Numbered from the stretch's first letter, positions 20,322 through 29,578 are shown. The stretch is DNA of 64,000 nucleotides from Chloroflexota bacterium (GCA_046300655.1 JBKCLM010000070.1:17741-81740), one strand, 5' to 3'. Program-made: numbers and translations. Notes: generated by a model from the letters alone, not told the origin.

Positions 20322-22613
20322 ATGCAACACTTAACGCTGTTCGAACAGTCAGCCGTCTGGGCGGTGCTGGGCATGTCATTGCTCGGTATCGCCTATGCTT
20401 TTATCCTGCGGGCCCAGATTCTGGCCCAGGACAAAGGCACAGAGCGCATGCAAGAGGTCTGGGGATTCATCAAGGCTGGTGCCAACGCCTATTTGAGTCG
20501 GCAATTCCGCACCATTGCAATTTTAATTGCCATCTTGACCTTTGTGCTTGGTGCAAGTGTGCTTATCATTCCTCCCACGCGTGAGGCTGTTGAGCGTTTC
20601 GGCACCGAAGAGGCCGCACTCTGGTGGGTCGCCATTGGGCGTGCTGTCGCTTTTTTGATGGGATCGTTCTTCTCCTATGCTGTCGGGTATGTGGGCATGA
20701 ATGTCGCAGTTGAAGGAAATGTGCGTGTCGCCCAAGCTGCACGGCAGGGCTATAATCCAGCGCTACAAGTCGCCTACCGTTCTGGTACGGTCACTGGTAT
20801 GCTGACAGTCGGTCTTGGATTGCTGGGCGGTACACTCATCTTCATGGTGTACGACATTAGTGCACCTGACGCATTGCTCGGCTTCGGGTTTGGTGGGTCG
20901 CTGATTGCCCTCTTCATGCGTGTCGGTGGTGGTATCTACACCAAAGCCGCTGACGTCGGTGCTGACTTGGTTGGCAAAGTCGAGGCCGGCATTCCCGAGG
21001 ATGATCCACGCAATGCGGCCGTCATTGCAGACTTGGTCGGTGACAATGTCGGTGATTGTGCTGGTATGGCTGCGGACGTCTTTGAGAGCTTTGAGGTGAC
21101 GATCGTCTCAGCCTTGATTCTCGGTATTGTGCTTGGTGATGCCGTCATGGGCGTGATGGGTGATGGTCAATACGACATGCGCTTTGTCATCTTCCCCTTG
21201 ATTTTGCGCGGTATTGGTGTCATTGCCTCGCTGATTGGTAATACCGTCGTCAAAACCGACGAGATCAAGCGCGATGCCATGGGCGCCATGAACCGAGGCT
21301 TTTATTTGGCTGCTGCGGTGTCTGTTGTTGGATTTGCGGCCGTGACGCAGTTCTACATGATTGACCCTGCTACCGGTGCAGTTGACTGGAAGCCGTTCTT
21401 GGCAACGGTTGCTGGTATATTGTTGGCCATTGCCCTCGACAAGTTGACCGAGTATTACACCTCGACAGCGCATAAGCCCGTCAAAGAGGTCAGTGCTGCC
21501 TCGCAAACGGGTGCCGCCACGAACATCCTGTCGGGTACTGCTTTGGGTATGGAGTCGAGCATGTGGTCAGCCATCGTCATTGGTGTCTCGGTCATGGCTT
21601 CAGTCTTCATTTATGCTGGCGAGCCAGCAGCCACCCAGTTCACTGCGATTTTGTATGGCGTCTCGTTGACCGGTATCGGCATGTTGACGCTGACGGGTAA
21701 TACCATTTCGATGGACTCGTTCGGACCCATTTCGGACAACGCCAATGGTATTGGTGAGATGGCAAATCTTGAGAAGAATGCCCGTAACGTCATGGACGAC
21801 CTCGACGCCGTTGGTAATACCACCAAAGCGGTTACCAAAGGTATTGCTATCGGTTCAGCGGTCATTGCTGCTGTGGCCCTGTTCGGCTCGTTCTTGACTG
21901 ATGTCGGTAAGGTCCAAGAACAAATCGGTGTCGAGAAGTTGATGCAAATCAACGTCGCAGCTCCCGATGTATTCATTGGCTTGCTCATTGGTGGCGCAAT
22001 ACCGTTCCTCTTCTCGTCAATCATGATTCGTGCGGTATCGCGTGCTGCTGCTGAGATTGTCAATGAAGTGCGGCGCCAGTTCAAAATCCCGGGCGTCATG
22101 GAGGGCACCGTGTTGCCAGATTACGCTCGTGCGGTCAGCATCTCAACGACCGCTGCACAGAACGAACTGCTCGGTCTTGGCATTTTGGCTGTGGTTGTGC
22201 CGATGATTGTCGGCTTCATGCTCGGCGTCGAGGCCCTTGGCGGATTCTTGGCTGGTGTGATTCTTTCCGGGCAACTCTTGGCCGTCTATCAGTCAAATGC
22301 AGGCGGTGCTTGGGACAATGCCAAGAAATACATCGAAGAGGGCAACTTTGGCGGCAAGCACTCCGAGCCCCACAAAGCTGCTGTCGTCGGTGATACAGTT
22401 GGCGATCCACTCAAGGATACCGCTGGTCCAGCCCTTAACCCAATGATCAAAGTAATGAACTTGGTGTCGTTGATTATTGCGCCAATCATTGTGACAGCCC
22501 GCCCTGAGGGTGAGCCAATGGGTGTTGGTGTAATGATTGTGATGGCCTTGAGCATTGCTGGTTTTGTTTGGGCCATCTGGCGCTCCAAAAAGCCCACCGG
22601 CGTCAGCATGTAA
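20322..22613 (+). CDS. hppA: Membrane-bound H+-translocating pyrophosphatase, K+-independent type
   Basis: Blocks GGGIYTKAADVGADLVGKVE, DNVGDCAGMAADVFES and GGAWDNAKKYIE. The GNTTKA variant (Lys rather than Ala) marks K+-independent enzymes. GAGGAG lies upstream of ATG 20322; ATG 20310 is also possible. Confidence 0.95.
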   Translation: MQHLTLFEQSAVWAVLGMSLLGIAYAFILRAQILAQDKGTERMQEVWGFIKAGANAYLSRQFRTIAILIAILTFVLGASVLIIPPTREAVERFGTEEAALWWVAIGRAVAFLMGSFFSYAVGYVGMNVAVEGNVRVAQAARQGYNPALQVAYRSGTVTGMLTVGLGLLGGTLIFMVYDISAPDALLGFGFGGSLIALFMRVGGGIYTKAADVGADLVGKVEAGIPEDDPRNAAVIADLVGDNVGDCAGMAADVFESFEVTIVSALILGIVLGDAVMGVMGDGQYDMRFVIFPLILRGIGVIASLIGNTVVKTDEIKRDAMGAMNRGFYLAAAVSVVGFAAVTQFYMIDPATGAVDWKPFLATVAGILLAIALDKLTEYYTSTAHKPVKEVSAASQTGAATNILSGTALGMESSMWSAIVIGVSVMASVFIYAGEPAATQFTAILYGVSLTGIGMLTLTGNTISMDSFGPISDNANGIGEMANLEKNARNVMDDLDAVGNTTKAVTKGIAIGSAVIAAVALFGSFLTDVGKVQEQIGVEKLMQINVAAPDVFIGLLIGGAIPFLFSSIMIRAVSRAAAEIVNEVRRQFKIPGVMEGTVLPDYARAVSISTTAAQNELLGLGILAVVVPMIVGFMLGVEALGGFLAGVILSGQLLAVYQSNAGGAWDNAKKYIEEGNFGGKHSEPHKAAVVGDTVGDPLKDTAGPALNPMIKVMNLVSLIIAPIIVTARPEGEPMGVGVMIVMALSIAGFVWAIWRSKKPTGVSM

Positions 22614-22627
22614 TTGGTAGCTGTGGG

Positions 22628-22808
22628 TGTCGTATGGGCGTCCGAAAGGGCGCCCTGTCCTGGGGGAGGGGCGTCGCGTGCGGCGCCCCATCATTGTGCC
22701 CTTATGGTACGCGCGGTGGCGAGGCATTCAGTATCTAGTAGGGGTGTTGCATGCGGCACCCCGTCATTGTGCGTTGTGTATGTCGTAAGGGCGTCCAACA
22801 GGGCGCCC
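22628..22808. repeat. Cluster of four GC-rich hairpin repeats of two families, in order A-B-B-A
   Basis: A1 (22628-22655) and A2 (22781-22808) are TGTCGTA[T/A]GGGCGTCC-loop-GGGCGCCC. B1 (22668-22699) and B2 (22741-22772) are GGGG[C/T]G...C[G/A]CCCC-[A/G]TCATTGTGC, with a compensatory C-G to T-A stem change. Confidence 0.7.
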
Positions 22809-22845
22809 AAAACAAAACCCACCCAAATCGCGCCATTTGGGTGGG
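22809..22845 (-). terminator. Intrinsic terminator of the zinc-ribbon gene
   Basis: CCCACCCAAA (22818-22827) pairs perfectly with TTTGGGTGGG (22836-22845) around an 8-nt loop. On the minus strand it is followed by TTTTGTTTT (22817-22809). Confidence 0.75.
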
Positions 22846-22883
22846 AAAAACCTGGTCCGCTTAGGAAAAGAAAAACCGGAGAA

Positions 22884-23210
22884 TTAGTAGCTGCGCTTCT
22901 GGCTTTGGAAGCAGTCTTCGCAGTATACAGGCTTGTTGTTGCGCGGCACAAATGGCACAGTTGCCTCTTTGCCACAACCAGCACAAGTTGTCGTGAATTG
23001 CTCACGGGGTCCGCTGTTACCGCGATCGCGGTAGCCACCACCCATGCCATCACGTGAGTTCATTTGTGACTTGCGTGCTTGGCGGCATGGACCGCAGCGG
23101 GTTGGCTCGTTGGTGAAGCCCTTTTGGGCGTAAAACTCTTGCTCGCCTGCGGTAAACACAAATGGTGCGTCGCAGTCTTTGCAGTTCAGTGTCTTGTCAG
23201 CGTAGCTCAT
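22884..23210 (-). CDS. Small double zinc-ribbon protein (zf-trcl-like N-terminal ribbon plus CxxC-x17-CxxC C-terminal ribbon, Arg/Gly-rich linker)
   Basis: CKDCDAPFVF...CGPCRQ and CAGCGKEATVPFVPRNNKPVYCEDCF. Start moved to ATG 23210 (MSYADKTL), which has GGAGAG upstream. Confidence 0.75.
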   Translation of the reverse strand: MSYADKTLNCKDCDAPFVFTAGEQEFYAQKGFTNEPTRCGPCRQARKSQMNSRDGMGGGYRDRGNSGPREQFTTTCAGCGKEATVPFVPRNNKPVYCEDCFQSQKRSY

Positions 23211-23356
23211 CGCTAGCTCTCCTCTAGTCTCCAAGGTGGGTAAATGCCGTAGGGGGAATCTGGTATGCGCGGACCAGGGGATTTGAGTGCAATCACACGT
23301 GCGTAAGGGGGTTTTAACAAAACATGCCTAGAACGTATTGAACATCACCCAATATC

Positions 23357-23490
23357 GTAAAATCATTGTATCACATGTTGTCTACGTAATGCAATACTTT
23401 TGTATTGAGTATGCCAAGATTTACTGCACAATGATTATGAAATTTGTCACAAAATCATTTACATGCACCCACTACTGTAAAATGATTACA
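23357..23490. promoter_or_regulatory. Array of four AATCATT/AATGATT cores in alternating orientation upstream of the zinc-ribbon gene
   Basis: Cores at 23361-23367 (AATCATT), 23430-23436 (AATGATT), 23453-23459 (AATCATT) and 23481-23487 (AATGATT). The last sits in the palindrome TGTAAAATGATTACA. Confidence 0.35.
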
Positions 23491-23522
23491 CCTACCACAA
23501 CAACACTATGCCGTATCAATGC

Positions 23523-24170
23523 CTAATCAACTATTTTACTATCGTGGCGTACAATCAACAGAATTCCTGACGAAATGCTCACACGCGCTGGTACTTGAAT
23601 AATGACGTTGCTGACACCACGTGAGTGTTCGAAGTACAACGTCGCATTCTCCAGCGGGTATTGCAGTCCATCGGTGGTAATCCCGGTGACTTCGGGGGTT
23701 AACGGTAAAAGCGATACTAAATGTTCGGTGTGCCCCTCAATATATACACTGTCACGTACAATTTGTAATACCTGGCTATCTGCATAAATACACACATGAA
23801 TATCCCGCAGGATAGGCATTGTTAAGAGCGCAATGGTAGCAAATGTATGATCCCAACGTCCGCCGAGGACACAGCATAAATCAATGTGAGAAGCGCCAAG
23901 TTCAACGGCAGCCATCAATGCCAGCTCGAGGTCGGTTTCGTCTTTGTCACGGCGAAAACGGCGAATTTCGGTGCCAACCCCTGCTAATGTGGCTACATGA
24001 ATATCGCTTACTGAATCAAGATCACCTATCAAAATATGTGGTTGAATCCCTGCCCGTTGTAATGCAAGGGCTCCACCATCGGCAGCGATGATTGAGTTGG
24101 CTTGGGTGGCAAGTTGTTGCATGCGTCGATCGGGTACAACTGGTGCATTGGCCACTATCAAAATACGCAT
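23523..24170 (-). CDS. thiN: Thiamine pyrophosphokinase
   Basis: MRILIVANAP...IIAADGGA...LIGDLDSV...DKDETDLELAL is typical of TPK. Start moved to ATG 24170. Confidence 0.85.
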   Translation of the reverse strand: MRILIVANAPVVPDRRMQQLATQANSIIAADGGALALQRAGIQPHILIGDLDSVSDIHVATLAGVGTEIRRFRRDKDETDLELALMAAVELGASHIDLCCVLGGRWDHTFATIALLTMPILRDIHVCIYADSQVLQIVRDSVYIEGHTEHLVSLLPLTPEVTGITTDGLQYPLENATLYFEHSRGVSNVIIQVPARVSISSGILLIVRHDSKIVD

Positions 24171-24293
24171 CGACGGGAACTCCAGTGTGATAAAGAATAG
24201 TTGCATTGTACCACTGCCATATGCTGCACTTGTATGACCCTTCCAATAATCATTTATGATGATAGCGAGACACGTAGTTTACACGAGGCATGT

Positions 24294-25349
24294 ATGACGC
24301 ATACTGCAGGCATGTGGGAAGAACGTTGGCATCCATTACGCCAGGAGTGGGTAATTGTGGCCGCACATCGACAGAACCGACCGTGGATTGGCCAAACAGT
24401 CAAAAATATACCGCCCCCCGATCCTGTCTACGACCCCACCTGTTATTTATGCCCAGGTAACACCCGTGTCAGTGGTGCAAACAACCCCACATATCATGGT
24501 GTCTATGTGTTCGATAACGACCATCCGTGTGTGGGGCCGAATGCGCCTGATCCGGTGTCACCTGGATTCCCGTTTGTCAGTCGACGAGCCGATGGTATTG
24601 CACGCGTGGTATGTTTTAGTCCATTGCACAATTTAACGCTGGCGGAGATGAGTTTGCCCCACATCACCGACGTTGTCGGTGTCTGGCAACAACAAACTTA
24701 TGATCTAGGGCAACGTCCTGAGGTCAATCATGTGCTCTGTTTTGAGAACAAAGGCCAGGTCGTCGGTGTCTCAAATCCGCATCCGCATGGGCAGATTTAT
24801 GCCACAAACTTTGTCTTTAAAAGTGTTGAGGTGGAGTTGACCGCGAGCCAGACCCATTGGCGTGACCATGGTCGTGGTCTGATGGCCGATATTAATCAGG
24901 CCGAAATCGCCGATGGCCGGCGTGTGCTCTATGAGGACGAACACACCGTTGCCTACGTGCCGTATTTTGCGCGGTATGCCTACGAGGTCTATGTGGTGCC
25001 AAAGCGACGTGTTGCGCACTTTCATGCGTTAAACGACGCCGAGTCACTGTCGTTGGCCGCTGCCGTCCAAGCGATTACGATTCGTTTTGATAATCTTTGG
25101 CAAATGCCATTCCCGTATGTAATGGCGCTCCATCAGGCACCGACCGATGGTGGCAACTATGACTTCTATCATGCATTCATCCTCTTTCAACCGCCGTTAC
25201 GCCGTCCCGATTTGCTCAAATACTTGGCTGGTCCTGAGATTGGCGGCGGGAACTTTTTGAGTGATACGGCGCCCGAGCAAACGGCAGCACAACTCCAAGC
25301 CACAACGCTTTTGCACTATCGAAAAGGTGGGAATGATGCAACCACATGA
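24294..25349 (+). CDS. galT: Galactose-1-phosphate uridylyltransferase (type 1, HIT superfamily)
   Basis: [28 protein letters not shown] and the active-site block NPHPHGQIY. Start set at ATG 24294 by comparison with typical GalT N-termini, with GAGG 5 nt upstream. Confidence 0.85.
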   Translation: MTHTAGMWEERWHPLRQEWVIVAAHRQNRPWIGQTVKNIPPPDPVYDPTCYLCPGNTRVSGANNPTYHGVYVFDNDHPCVGPNAPDPVSPGFPFVSRRADGIARVVCFSPLHNLTLAEMSLPHITDVVGVWQQQTYDLGQRPEVNHVLCFENKGQVVGVSNPHPHGQIYATNFVFKSVEVELTASQTHWRDHGRGLMADINQAEIADGRRVLYEDEHTVAYVPYFARYAYEVYVVPKRRVAHFHALNDAESLSLAAAVQAITIRFDNLWQMPFPYVMALHQAPTDGGNYDFYHAFILFQPPLRRPDLLKYLAGPEIGGGNFLSDTAPEQTAAQLQATTLLHYRKGGNDATT

Positions 25350-26361
25350 GCTTTTAGCGTTTGTCAAACGCGTGCACGAACATATTCGTGATCGTGTAGT
25401 TGCCGCCTGTGAAGCGACGGCGCTTGAGCAACTTGCTGCAGTGACGGGGCATGAGGGTGGCGATACTATCTTTGCGATTGATCGTGTTTCGGAGGTGGTG
25501 TTACTTGAACAGTTTGCTGAACTCGGCGCAAAAGTGCCGTTCCGCCTAGTGGCTGAGGGATTAGGTGAAAGCGGCGTGCATGATTTTCCGCTGGGCGTAT
25601 CACCCGACGCACTGCAATATGTGGTGATTGTTGATCCCATTGACGGGACGCGGGGTTTGATGTACCAAAAGCGCTCGGCCTGGATTTTGACTGGTATTGC
25701 GCCATATCGTGGTGACTATACCTGTTTGAGTGACATAATGTTGGCTGTCATGACCGAGATTCCGCTCGTCAAGCAACATCTCAGCGATACATTGTGGGCT
25801 ATCAAGGGGCAAGGGGCGCAAGCGGCGCGATTTGATCGAGTGCGAGGCACAACGGTTGCATTGCCGATTCGGCCATCACAAGCGACGACGATTCGTCAGG
25901 GGTTCGGCAATATTGCCCGCTTCTTCCCGGGCGATCGCGCGCGCTTAGCGGCCGTTGATGACAAAGTAGTAACCAGTATGTTGGGCGAGGCACCACAAGG
26001 ACGTGCATTGTCATTTGAAGATCAATACATTTCGACTGGTGGACAGTTTTATGAATTGCTGATGGGCCATGATCGCTGGTTGGCCGATGTACGGCCGCTG
26101 TTGTTAGCGCCGGCTGATCGGTTGGGGAGTCAGCCCATGTTGTGTTGCCATCCATACGACGTATGTACCGAGTTAGTTGCCCGTGAGGCGGGTATCATTG
26201 TGTGTCAGGCAAATGGGTTGCCGCTCGACGCACCACTTGACGTGCATTCACCAGTGTCGTGGGTTGCAGTGGCCAATGCGACGCTGGCCCAACAGCTCAT
26301 CCCCGCATTACAACAGGCGCTGATTGAACATGGTATGGCGCTTGAGGAGGTACAGAAATGA
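25333..26361 (+). CDS. Inositol-monophosphatase/FBPase-superfamily protein
   Basis: [13 protein letters not shown] metal-binding motif. Overlaps the galT 3' end by 17 nt. AAGGTGGG lies upstream of the ATGATG. Confidence 0.7.
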   Translation: MMQPHELLAFVKRVHEHIRDRVVAACEATALEQLAAVTGHEGGDTIFAIDRVSEVVLLEQFAELGAKVPFRLVAEGLGESGVHDFPLGVSPDALQYVVIVDPIDGTRGLMYQKRSAWILTGIAPYRGDYTCLSDIMLAVMTEIPLVKQHLSDTLWAIKGQGAQAARFDRVRGTTVALPIRPSQATTIRQGFGNIARFFPGDRARLAAVDDKVVTSMLGEAPQGRALSFEDQYISTGGQFYELLMGHDRWLADVRPLLLAPADRLGSQPMLCCHPYDVCTELVAREAGIIVCQANGLPLDAPLDVHSPVSWVAVANATLAQQLIPALQQALIEHGMALEEVQK

Positions 26362-27743
26362 CTGCGATCTCGACAGCTCAAATGAACATACTGCATGCGC
26401 TCGGGCAGTCGTATCTTGATATGCGTCGCCCTCGACTAATTGGGCGCGCTCCTGGCCGGCTCGATGTGATGGGTGGCATTGCAGACTACTCAGGCTCGTT
26501 AGTACTACAACTCCCTCTGACCGAGGCGACATATGCACTGGTGCAACCGCGATGTGATGGGCAGGTCGTAGTTGTCAGTGGTGCGGTCACTGATTTGTCG
26601 GGTCCAAATATTGTCGAAATGCCAATTGCCGAAATTTATCGGTATCTTGCTGATACCACCGCATTACATCAAATGTTGACTGTCAATCCTGATACCGCGT
26701 GGGCGAGCTACTTGTTGGGTGTGGTGGCGATTGTCGCCCGCCAAGCCAACGTCTTTTTGTATGACGGCATCACAATTGTGATTGATTCTCAGGTGCCGCT
26801 CGGTAAAGGGGTAAGCTCATCGGCGGCGATTGAAGTTGCCACAATGCGGGCGTTGTTAGCGCTAGTCGGACATGAAATTGATGGGCGGACTTTGGCCATG
26901 TGGAGCCAAATGGTTGAGAACCATATCGTTGGTGCGCCGTGTGGCATTATGGATCAAATGACCTCGGCATGTGGTGTGGCCAACCAGTTGTTAGCGCTTC
27001 GTTGTCAACCTGCTGAGTTGCTCGAACCGGTGGCATTGCCTGATTCAATCCAGGTATGGGGGATTGACTCCGGCGTGCGCCATGCGGTGACCGGGGCAGA
27101 TTACACGACGGTTCGCGTGGCTGCATTCATGGGGTATCGTATGTTGACAAGTCTGCTTGGCATGCCTACAACAATTGTGGATGGAGTTGCCAAAATCGAT
27201 GATTCACGTTGGCATGGGTATCTGGCAAATATTACACCATCGGAATTTATGCAGTACTATGCACAATTACCCAATCATCTTGATGGTGGCAGTTTTATTC
27301 GTCATTATCAGGCAACGCATGACACCGTCACTCATGTCAATCCACATCAAAACTATCCAGTGCGACAAGCCACTGCGCATCCTATTTATGAACATCAGCG
27401 CGTCCGCTTGTTTGCCGCACTCCTACAACATCCAACGATGAACCATGAACGTGCCCAGCTGCTTGGTGAGTTGATGTATCAGGCTCATGAAAGCTACAAT
27501 GCCTGTGGTCTTGGTGCCGATGCCACCGATGCAATCGTGGCGCAGGTACGCGCACTCGGCCCTGCATATGGTCTCTATGGCGCCAAAATTACGGGCGGTG
27601 GCAGTGGTGGTACCGTGGCAGTGCTTGGACGCCCTGATGCGCGCGCAATTGTGCAGGATATTGCATCACAGTACGGCACTGGCATGGTATTTGCTGGATC
27701 CTCAGATGGTGCAATCAAGGTTGCGCCGGTCACCATTGAATAA
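26358..27743 (+). CDS. GHMP-family sugar-1-kinase (galactokinase/arabinokinase-like)
   Basis: GRAPGRLDVMGGIADYSG (galactokinase-signature variant), PLGKGVSSSAAIEVA (GHMP motif II), GAKITGGGSGGT (motif III). ATGA overlap with the upstream gene. Confidence 0.8.
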   Translation: MTAISTAQMNILHALGQSYLDMRRPRLIGRAPGRLDVMGGIADYSGSLVLQLPLTEATYALVQPRCDGQVVVVSGAVTDLSGPNIVEMPIAEIYRYLADTTALHQMLTVNPDTAWASYLLGVVAIVARQANVFLYDGITIVIDSQVPLGKGVSSSAAIEVATMRALLALVGHEIDGRTLAMWSQMVENHIVGAPCGIMDQMTSACGVANQLLALRCQPAELLEPVALPDSIQVWGIDSGVRHAVTGADYTTVRVAAFMGYRMLTSLLGMPTTIVDGVAKIDDSRWHGYLANITPSEFMQYYAQLPNHLDGGSFIRHYQATHDTVTHVNPHQNYPVRQATAHPIYEHQRVRLFAALLQHPTMNHERAQLLGELMYQAHESYNACGLGADATDAIVAQVRALGPAYGLYGAKITGGGSGGTVAVLGRPDARAIVQDIASQYGTGMVFAGSSDGAIKVAPVTIE

Positions 27744-27836
27744 TACGACGGGTTATGCACCATACATGGATACTCAATAATCTGTGAGTGCGGCTACTGT
27801 AAGGTGGAATGATGTTGTGCGCGTGCATTAACTGAG

Positions 27837-27862
27837 GGAGTCACTGATTCGTCAGTGGCTTC
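27837..27862 (+). terminator. Possible terminator hairpin after the galT operon
   Basis: GGAGTCACTGA-TTCG-TCAGTGGCTTC forms an 11-bp stem with 2 G-U pairs and a UUCG loop. The trailing tract is only weakly T-rich. Confidence 0.3.
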
Positions 27863-27950
27863 CTGGTGTTATTCAGATACTCCTGACATCCAACTACGGC
27901 GACATAAGCGTTTGATTATATAGTCAGATGTATTGAATGGTGAGTGTGAT

Positions 27951-28862
27951 ATGTTGCGTAAATCGCTACGAATTATTGTGTCGAGTGTTGCGATAGTTGG
28001 GCTTGTGGCAGGCATTTGGGCCTGGGATGAGATTGTCTATAATGTGCGTCTGCTGAATGCGTATCGGTTGGGTCAACAGTACTATGAGACACACCCGGCG
28101 ATTGCCAAAAACGTCGCATATGGCAGTCAGTCACATCAGCTGTTAGATATATATCAACCAGATGCACCGGGGAGTTACCCGGTGATTGTCTATATTCATG
28201 GTGGTGGGTGGAACAGTGGCAACAAAGAATTATACGCACTTGTCGCTCAGAAGCTCGTTCCGTATGATGTAGTGGTGGTGGTGCCTCGCTATCAACTGTA
28301 TCCGGATGCTACCTATCCGCAGATGCGCGATGATGTGGCGACTGCATTGTCGTGGACGGTAAACAATATTGCTAACTACAATGGTGACCCCGCACGCATC
28401 GTCTTTGGTGGTCAATCTGCTGGGGCGCAACTAAGTGCGATGACCGTTTTTGATAAGAGTGTGCTGGCGACACATCAACTGACTCCATCGGCTATTTGTG
28501 CTTACTATGGCATTAGTGGCGTTTATGATATAAATGCACAGTATCAATTTGAAGTGGATAATGGTCGGACAGCTCCGGTTATGACAGCAGTTATGGGGGG
28601 AGAGTCAGCCTTTGCCGCCACATCGCCAATCTCGTTTGTCCATGCCGATATTCCGCATACACTGTTGATACATGGTGACCAAGATGAGACTGTACCGTTA
28701 CAGATGTCACAAGACTTTGCGCGTGCACTGACCGATGCAGGCGCGACTGTATCACTGCAAATATACCCAGGTCGAGGCCATTCTGAACTATTGTTCTATA
28801 CATTAACGCAGTCTCCAGGACAGTTGATTGAGGATGTAATTGCGTTAACACGCGACTGCTGA
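27951..28862 (+). CDS. Alpha/beta-hydrolase (esterase/lipase, HGGG type) with N-terminal membrane anchor or signal
   Basis: VYIHGGGW oxyanion block, GGQSAGA nucleophile elbow, HGDQDETVP, GRGHSE. Start moved to ATG 27951; the track start is TTG. Confidence 0.8.
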   Translation: MLRKSLRIIVSSVAIVGLVAGIWAWDEIVYNVRLLNAYRLGQQYYETHPAIAKNVAYGSQSHQLLDIYQPDAPGSYPVIVYIHGGGWNSGNKELYALVAQKLVPYDVVVVVPRYQLYPDATYPQMRDDVATALSWTVNNIANYNGDPARIVFGGQSAGAQLSAMTVFDKSVLATHQLTPSAICAYYGISGVYDINAQYQFEVDNGRTAPVMTAVMGGESAFAATSPISFVHADIPHTLLIHGDQDETVPLQMSQDFARALTDAGATVSLQIYPGRGHSELLFYTLTQSPGQLIEDVIALTRDC

Positions 28863-28906
28863 TCGCGGTGTCACTAAGGTATGGCAGCCGCTCTGGATGC
28901 GGATCA

Positions 28907-29428
28907 TCATTGTGTGATGGTACGCACATCTTGTTCTTCCTTTTCATACGGTTCAAAAACATCGAAGAGCTCAGTGTTATCGACATCAGTAGTGGTGTGC
29001 TTCTTTGTTTGTTGTGTAATACGGTTAAGAGATCCAAGGTCATAGGTGCGGGTCAGTGCACCCCACGTGGTGTTGTGTACGCTGATGCGGCGCCAGTGTG
29101 CACTACTAATTGGCATGCGTAACGTGTAAATGACATCAAACGTTAGGATTGCATAGAGCTGATGTGCCCGCGGATGCGTGTGTTCCTCGGGGAGGTATGC
29201 ACAGCGCGGTGCGATGGTCATGGCGGACATGCTCGCCACATGGCGAATACAGTGTGGGTGCGTCGTATGCCAGCCTGGAATGTAGAAGGCCACCCAAGGC
29301 GAGTGTATGATGCGTGTGACATAACGCACTGGAATATGGTATTGCCGAGTCTGGATGAGGTGTTGCCAATCGGGTTGGCGTTTGACGATGGCAATGGTGA
29401 TGCCAGAGGTGGTGGTCAGCTGATGCAC
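28907..29428 (-). CDS. Hypothetical protein (173 aa) translationally coupled to the uvdE-like gene
   Basis: GGAGGG lies 9 nt upstream of GTG 29428. The protein MHQLTTTSGITIAIVKRQPDWQHLIQTRQYHIPVRY... belongs to no family I can name. The 262-aa track ORF extends it artificially through the tandem repeat. Confidence 0.5.
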   Translation of the reverse strand: MHQLTTTSGITIAIVKRQPDWQHLIQTRQYHIPVRYVTRIIHSPWVAFYIPGWHTTHPHCIRHVASMSAMTIAPRCAYLPEEHTHPRAHQLYAILTFDVIYTLRMPISSAHWRRISVHNTTWGALTRTYDLGSLNRITQQTKKHTTTDVDNTELFDVFEPYEKEEQDVRTITQ

Positions 29429-29578
29429 TGCCGTACTCCCTCCGATAGTTGTGATCGCCAAAGGTGTTGCCAATCGTGTTGGCGTTCGACGATAGCAATG
29501 GTGATGCCAGAGGTGGTGGTCAGCTGATGCACTGCCGTACTCCCTCCGATAGTTGTGATTGCCAGAGGTGTTGCCAAT
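29358..29578. repeat. 104-bp direct tandem duplication (2 full units plus a 13-nt third copy of the unit start)
   Basis: Units 29361-29464 and 29465-29568 differ at 5 of 104 positions. AGGTGTTGCCAAT recurs at 29358, 29462 and 29566. Confidence 0.95.

Noticed and set aside
22614-23057. 147-aa plus-strand ORF and 120-aa minus-strand ORF in the hppA / zinc-ribbon spacer
   Set aside because: Their repeated peptide segments (WASERAP/RASNRAP, PHHCAL/PSLCV) simply mirror the A and B hairpin repeats. They run across an intrinsic terminator and into the opposite-strand zinc-ribbon gene. No SD sequence is present.
29358-29578. Possible CRISPR array or minisatellite
   Set aside because: There are only two full 104-bp units, directly abutting with no unique spacers, and no cas genes nearby. 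The repeat is a simple tandem duplication of a coding junction.
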